Shown: positions 18,783-19,077 of the stretch, piece after piece
How the letters are laid out: each line of letters begins with the position of its first letter
Numbering within the stretch: position 1 is the first letter of the stretch
Source: Paraphysomonas bandaiensis
Taxonomy: Eukaryota; Protista; Chrysophyceae
Direction: 5' to 3'
Length of the DNA stretch: 19,077 nt
Assembly (NCBI GenBank): GCA_965644295.1
Contig: CBFFRP010000662.1
Coordinates: forward strand, 1 to 19,077
Program-made: the position numbers and the translations under genes
Notes under the pieces: model-generated
The model's input: only the letters and a program-made list of their open reading frames with translations
What the model was told of the DNA's origin: nothing
The model's database searches: none

Positions 18783-19077
18783 ATGGGCAATGCATGCAGT
18801 TCTGGTACTATAGCCACGTAGATAGGGCATAGGAAATGCCACGTGGTCACACTGCCTCCCCCCCTCGTTTTTGTGAGAAATCCATGGTCGCACACATGTC
18901 AATGGGACTAGGTTTGAAATAGCCATCAAAACGAACCACCATGGAGTATTATTATCATATTATAGATGTAATTCGGAGAATACTGAAAAATTTCACATCG
19001 TAAATTGTAGAGTAGGAACACTTTATACCGACTGATTAACTTGTGGAAATTTGCTGGCAAATTCCTCGTCTACCAAG

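Overview
This window is eukaryotic, repeat-rich DNA, probably from a protist (inference), and falls into three zones. (1) 1-6.6 kb is a nest of LTR-retrotransposon pieces. Two ~1.5 kb copies of one LTR face each other as an inverted repeat (61-1564 and 2883-4394). The right copy is inserted into the protease gene of a related Ty3/gypsy-like element whose gag and protease are in frame across a single TGA. Both 5' LTRs are followed by the same palindromic GTAAATTTAC in place of a normal TGG tRNA primer-binding site. (2) ~6.8-13.3 kb is an AT-rich, intronless, gene-dense viral island resembling a Polinton-like virus or virophage morphogenesis module. It encodes an A32/FtsK-type packaging ATPase, three genes carrying four paralogous beta-rich penton/jelly-roll-like domains (one gene has two in tandem), an acidic coiled-coil fibre protein and small basic proteins. 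No polymerase, integrase or canonical major capsid gene is visible. (3) 13.4-19 kb holds a MITE-like foldback, an intact Crinkler/RHS-type NTPase-REase gene with a mitochondrial-presequence-like N-terminus, a copia-like LTR/gag fragment and degenerate sequence. All family assignments come from motif recognition by eye, with no database search.
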